Virus record (IMG/VR): IMGVR_UViG_3300033068_001957
Coordinates: 96,189-160,188 of that record
Origin: a virus
Lineage: Duplodnaviria > Caudoviricetes
Strand: one strand, 5' to 3'
Length of the DNA: 64,000 bases
The notes below the pieces were generated by a model, which ran no database searches, was not told the origin of the DNA, and saw only the letters and a program-made list of their open reading frames with translations. A program made the translations under genes and the position numbers. This document shows, piece by piece, positions 60,119 to 64,000 of the stretch. Positions within the stretch are counted from its first letter, which is position 1. Every line of letters starts with the position of its first letter.

Positions 60119-61422
60119 TAGATCGACGAAAAGGAAACCCCTTCCTTTAGGTAGGGGAGGAATTTTCGCCTCCGAGTTGGGAAAGTTAAGCGTTGCATAC
60201 GTGTAACGTTATTATAACGTAAGCAATGCACAAAGTCAAGCGCAGATTTCGCTTTTATCCGTCAAAAGCTCAACAAGTTGAGCTTTCTAAGGTATTCGGA
60301 TGCACACGTTTTGTCTATAACGCTGCTCTCGCTTGGCGCAAGGCGGAGTTCGAGGCTGGACACAAGCCATCGTATAACAAAAGCTCTGCGTGGCTCACAT
60401 CTTTCAAACGCGAGCATGAATTTCTGAACGACGTTAGCTGCGTGCCATTGCAGCAGAGCTTGCGCTATTTGCAAGGCGCTTACCAACGCTTTTTCAAGCG
60501 TCAATCAGGCTTTCCAACGTTCAAGGCTCGCGATAACCGCCAGTCTTGCGAGTTCACAGAGCGGGCGTTTACCTATAAAAATAGCAAGCTTTCGCTTGCG
60601 AAGATTGGCGTCGTTGACGTTGTTTGGACGCTTGCGCTTCAATCAAAACCTACGACTGTTACTGTTATCAAAGAAGCAAGCGGCAAATACTTCGTGACGC
60701 TAACGCTGCTCGAAGCTGGCAACCAATTGCCAGCGTCAACCGCAAGCGTTGGCATTGACTTGGGCATTGAAACTTTCGCTACTCTTAGTGATGGCCGCAA
60801 GTTTAAAGCGCCCGCAAAGATTCGTAAGTTACGCAAAAAGCTCGCCGCCTTGCAGCGCAAACATTCGCGCCGAGTTAAGGGCTCCAAGCGTCGCGAGAAG
60901 GCTCGCGTCAAAGTCGCACGTCTGCACGAACACATCGCCAACGTGCGCAATGATTTTCTCCAAAAACTCTCAACTTCCATCGCTCGCGAGAACCAAACGA
61001 TTGCGCTGGAAGATTTGCATACGAAAGGCATGATGCGAAATCGCAAGTTAGCCCGCGCCATTGGCGAGCAAGGCTGGCGGCAATTCCGCGACATGCTCGC
61101 TTACAAATGCGAATGGGGTAATCGTCAACTGGAAATCGTGAGCCGCTGGCTTCCGAGTTCCAAGACGTGCTCTTGTTGCGGAGAAAAAACGATGCTGACG
61201 TTAAAAGACCGTTCTTGGAGTTGCGCTTGCGGCGCAACACATGATCGTGACGTTAACGCTGCGAAAAACATTTTGGCCGCTGGACTAGCGGCTTCTGCCC
61301 GTCGAGGCTCTGTAAGACCTGCGAGAACTTACGTTCTCAAGGCTAGGCCAGTGAAGCGGGAACCGCTTAGTTGCTAACGCAATTAGGAATCCCCGTCTCT
61401 TTTAGGGCGGGGAGGATGTCAA
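60119..61422 (+). mobile_element. complete tnpB-only IS200/IS605 element
   Basis: Left-end hairpin ~60125-60168; right-end hairpin CCCCGTC/GGCGGGG ending GATGTCAA; no target duplication; 5' flank TCAT. Confidence 0.9.
60226..61377 (+). CDS. tnpB: RNA-guided endonuclease TnpB
   Basis: FRFYP..FGCTRFVYN, GIDLG, ALEDL, SSKTCSCCG, HDRDVNAAKNI; D-E-D triad intact. Confidence 0.97.
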   Translation: MHKVKRRFRFYPSKAQQVELSKVFGCTRFVYNAALAWRKAEFEAGHKPSYNKSSAWLTSFKREHEFLNDVSCVPLQQSLRYLQGAYQRFFKRQSGFPTFKARDNRQSCEFTERAFTYKNSKLSLAKIGVVDVVWTLALQSKPTTVTVIKEASGKYFVTLTLLEAGNQLPASTASVGIDLGIETFATLSDGRKFKAPAKIRKLRKKLAALQRKHSRRVKGSKRREKARVKVARLHEHIANVRNDFLQKLSTSIARENQTIALEDLHTKGMMRNRKLARAIGEQGWRQFRDMLAYKCEWGNRQLEIVSRWLPSSKTCSCCGEKTMLTLKDRSWSCACGATHDRDVNAAKNILAAGLAASARRGSVRPARTYVLKARPVKREPLSC

Positions 61423-61826
61423 TGTAAAAATTGGCGAAAGATTCTAGCCACGACTTGCAAACGGTTATTCCCCGCCTGGAGTAAGATTCGTCTCTTTTAT
61501 TCTTTGAATTGCCAGAGCAACGCCTTTTCATATGGCACCAAACGTTATATTCTGGAATATCGTTGCTACTTTGGCCAGTTAAGTTGATACATGTGTTTCT
61601 ATAGCACCCGCATGATTTTGAAAGTCCTCGAAGAATTGGCCTGATAGCGCATAGTTTTTTCGTGCCGCATTTACACAGGCATTCGTAAAGATACGATTCA
61701 TTTTTAACTTCGTTTGTTTTTCTTAAAATTGTCCAATTGTTAACGGTAATAGGGAGTTCCATATGCTGCTGGAAACGAATCTATTTCGGAAATCTTTCAA
61801 AGAATGTGTAATTATTTTTATCGCGC

Positions 61827-63383
61827 ATGGATAAAATTTTCCCCTACACCTCTGTTTTTGAATCAGATGTCTCTTATGGAGGGCTATTTTCAGAAAGTCC
61901 ATTTTATTCCAAAGCAAGTCTGGAGGGACTCCGACCCCTAATTCCAAATTGGGAAGCTAATACGGAGCAAAATATTGATCTTCTGGCCTTTGCCGCGAAT
62001 GCCTGTTGTGCGGGTATCGCCAACAAAAATGATGATCTATATGAACCAGACGCAGCGATAGAAACTCTTTCTCTGTGGCGGCAAAAAATGATTAATGATA
62101 ACCATGATAGAAAAAAGATCATCGGCCACTTATTGACTTCTAGCCTTAGCTCGGAAAATGATTCTATTATTATTTCGCCGCAAGATGCCATTGCTTCGAG
62201 ACAGCCCTTTAATGTAAGTGTCGGTGGCGTTGTCTATAGACTAGCAGATAAGGAATTGGCGAACGATCTTGAACAATCGTCCGATCCAGAAAGTCCTTCT
62301 TATAAGAGCATCTCCCTATCGTTCGAGTTGGGATTCCCCGAATTTGGAATTGCTCTTGGAAGCGAAAACTTTTTTGAGGCAGAAATTGTTAGAAATCAAA
62401 GGCAAGTAGATGAGCTAAAGAAAAACCTTCGAATCTACGGCGGTAGCGGAAAGACAAAAGATGGTCAAGACATTTACCGCTTAATTGGGAAAAATCATTT
62501 ACCACTGGCTGTAGCGCTCACCAAACGACCAGCTGCAAGAATGAAGTATGGAGCAATTACAAATGAAACTCCACGCATCACTTCTACAGCAAATACAACA
62601 ATTTCTTTATTTGCCGAAAATATTTCAGATAAAACCAAAACCCCGCGTGTAACAACTTACAATAAACCTACTATGGACAAGCTCGAACAAATTCTAGAAG
62701 AAATCAAAGCCTCAATGCTCGCTGGCAAAATTAAGGAAGAAGCGGCTGCTTCCCTAACTAAAGAGTTTGCCGACAAAATTCAAGCTTTTAGTAAAGAACA
62801 CGCTACTCAGTTGGCCGAAAAAGAAGCCGCAAAAGCTTCCGCCGAAAAAGAAGCCGCCGAACTTAAGCTCTCTGTTGCCAATCAAGCCAAGGAACTCGCC
62901 GACACCAAAGCTGCCCTCGAAAAGATTCAGGCCCAAGCTACTGAAAAAGAAGCCGCCGAACTCTTTTCCGCCCGCATGGATGAATTTAACAACGAATTTG
63001 AACTCGACGACGAAGATCGCGCCGCTCTTGCTGGTGAAATCAAAAATCTCGATGCTACTCCAGAATCTTTCGCCGCTTTCAAGAAAAAGATGGGAAAACT
63101 TATGGATTCCAAGATGAAAACCTCTAAAGAGGCAAAAGACAAAGAAGCCAAGGCCGCTCTTGATATTGCTGTTGCCGCCAAGCTTACCGAACTCGCCAAA
63201 GCTTCCAGCAAAAACAAGCTTTCTGACAAGGAACTCGCCGAAAAACTTCTCGAACAAGTTCAGGCCAAAGCCTCCACACAAACTCCCCTTCCTAATGGCA
63301 GCGAAAACACCAGCACCACCCAAACGCTGAAAGAAAAATTCGCCGCTGCCTTCGATAAGAAAAATATCACTGTCACCCTCTAA
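61827..63383 (+). CDS. prohead protease-scaffold fusion
   Basis: N-terminal ANKNDD, NDNHDR..IIGH, SLSFE (herpes/HK97-like protease pattern); C-terminal A/K/E-rich coiled coil; GTGTAA at 61806. Confidence 0.7.
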   Translation: MDKIFPYTSVFESDVSYGGLFSESPFYSKASLEGLRPLIPNWEANTEQNIDLLAFAANACCAGIANKNDDLYEPDAAIETLSLWRQKMINDNHDRKKIIGHLLTSSLSSENDSIIISPQDAIASRQPFNVSVGGVVYRLADKELANDLEQSSDPESPSYKSISLSFELGFPEFGIALGSENFFEAEIVRNQRQVDELKKNLRIYGGSGKTKDGQDIYRLIGKNHLPLAVALTKRPAARMKYGAITNETPRITSTANTTISLFAENISDKTKTPRVTTYNKPTMDKLEQILEEIKASMLAGKIKEEAAASLTKEFADKIQAFSKEHATQLAEKEAAKASAEKEAAELKLSVANQAKELADTKAALEKIQAQATEKEAAELFSARMDEFNNEFELDDEDRAALAGEIKNLDATPESFAAFKKKMGKLMDSKMKTSKEAKDKEAKAALDIAVAAKLTELAKASSKNKLSDKELAEKLLEQVQAKASTQTPLPNGSENTSTTQTLKEKFAAAFDKKNITVTL

Positions 63384-63401
63384 TTTAACTAAAAAAATAA
63401 T

Positions 63402-64000
63402 ATGGCCAAACGCCTTCTACCCTACCGTGTAATTAATCCCTATGATGTCGTCAACGGCTTTGCCCTTGAAGACGCCTATGTCAACAACAATCTCTCTGGC
63501 ACTGGTTTCGGTGACGAAGGCGTGTTGGTGGCAATTTCCGCCGCAAATCTTTCTCTTGATCCAGTTAGCTTCTCCACTGATAGCTATCTTGGTAAGACGA
63601 ACTACAATGCTGTAGGCTGGAATCAACGTCCTTCTACGACTCGTAAAGTAGCTCCCGCCGCTTCTGGTACTCTTCCTCTTGGCGTTACTCTTCTTGAGAC
63701 TGCGCTATATGATGAAAACGGCCAATATCTCAGCCGCTACGCTCAGAAGGCCGATGAAAATTCCGCCCTTCTAAAAGGTCAGGCCGTCCCGATTCTTACT
63801 CGCGGCGAACTCTTCCTCGCTCCTGGCGCTATCGACGGCACTCTTACTCCTGGCCTCGGTATCAAGCCTTCCACCACTTCTGGTAAGTTTACTGGTTGTG
63901 CCGCTACCGACGCTCAACGCTTCGGCCAAGTAATGGGCACTGGTTTCCGTGGTAATCGCGGCACCTATGCAGACGGTTTCTCTGGCGTGTATGCCCACAT
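63402..64000 (+). CDS. head decoration/cement-like structural protein (3' partial)
   Basis: Not in the ORF track. Manual translation gives MAKRLLPYRVINPYDVVNGFAL...PLGVTL...GQAVPILTRG, open to the window end, directly after the scaffold gene. Confidence 0.65.
   Translation, partial: MAKRLLPYRVINPYDVVNGFALEDAYVNNNLSGTGFGDEGVLVAISAANLSLDPVSFSTDSYLGKTNYNAVGWNQRPSTTRKVAPAASGTLPLGVTLLETALYDENGQYLSRYAQKADENSALLKGQAVPILTRGELFLAPGAIDGTLTPGLGIKPSTTSGKFTGCAATDAQRFGQVMGTGFRGNRGTYADGFSGVYAH

Larger units (their letters stand above)
59523..61762 (-). pseudogene. HNH homing endonuclease gene split by an IS
   Basis: Removing 60119-61422 restores ...[43 protein letters not shown] in frame. Confidence 0.9.

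Noticed and set aside
60119-61422. IStron (intron-IS fusion) that would splice out of the HNH gene
   Set aside because: Only ~105 nt precede tnpB, no group I core motifs are present, and the IS is antisense to the host gene.
1-64000. CRISPR array or cas genes
   Set aside because: No regularly spaced direct repeats were seen; the recurring motifs are promoters and IS ends.
1-64000. Stop-codon reassignment or suppressor tRNA
   Set aside because: Large genes (terL, portal, protease) are intact in code 11, all three stop codons end genes, and no CUA/UUA/UCA anticodon was found.

Overview
This 64-kb window is part of a large tailed dsDNA bacteriophage genome (Caudoviricetes). The host cannot be determined from the sequence; Shine-Dalgarno motifs are essentially absent. 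Positions ~1.1-34.9 kb are a mostly + strand accessory/early region of small ORFs. About 40 of them have their own sigma70-type promoter (TTGACN/TTGCGC-N16-17-TANNNT), usually ending 5-7 nt before the ATG, which implies leaderless transcripts. This region also carries two tRNA clusters, a RuvB-like ATPase, acidic DNA-mimic candidates and a DUF932 gene. Positions ~35.2-45.2 kb are a convergent - strand block (NADAR, GIY-YIG, metallopeptidase, DUF4326-SLOG fusion, AAA ATPase, deaminase, methyltransferase). Positions ~45.3-64 kb are the late/packaging module: PhoH (frameshifted), TM-PAS protein, phage sigma factor, ERCC4 nuclease, TerL, portal, protease-scaffold and a head decoration protein, with an Rnl2 RNA ligase block interleaved. 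Late genes share a GTGTAA promoter motif. Mobile elements: six homing endonuclease genes, two tnpB-only IS200/IS605 elements (one splits an HNH gene), a 56-bp IS-end mini-element and a group I intron in a tRNA(CAU). Most notable: (i) a tRNA-Arg(UCU)-like gene whose D-loop appears moved to the 3' side of the anticodon arm, within a tRNA set with systematically non-canonical T-loops and several CUA ends; (ii) both tnpB genes carry the phage late-promoter motif inside the IS; (iii) the promoter-plus-leaderless-ORF cassette architecture. All calls come from reading by eye; no searches were run.
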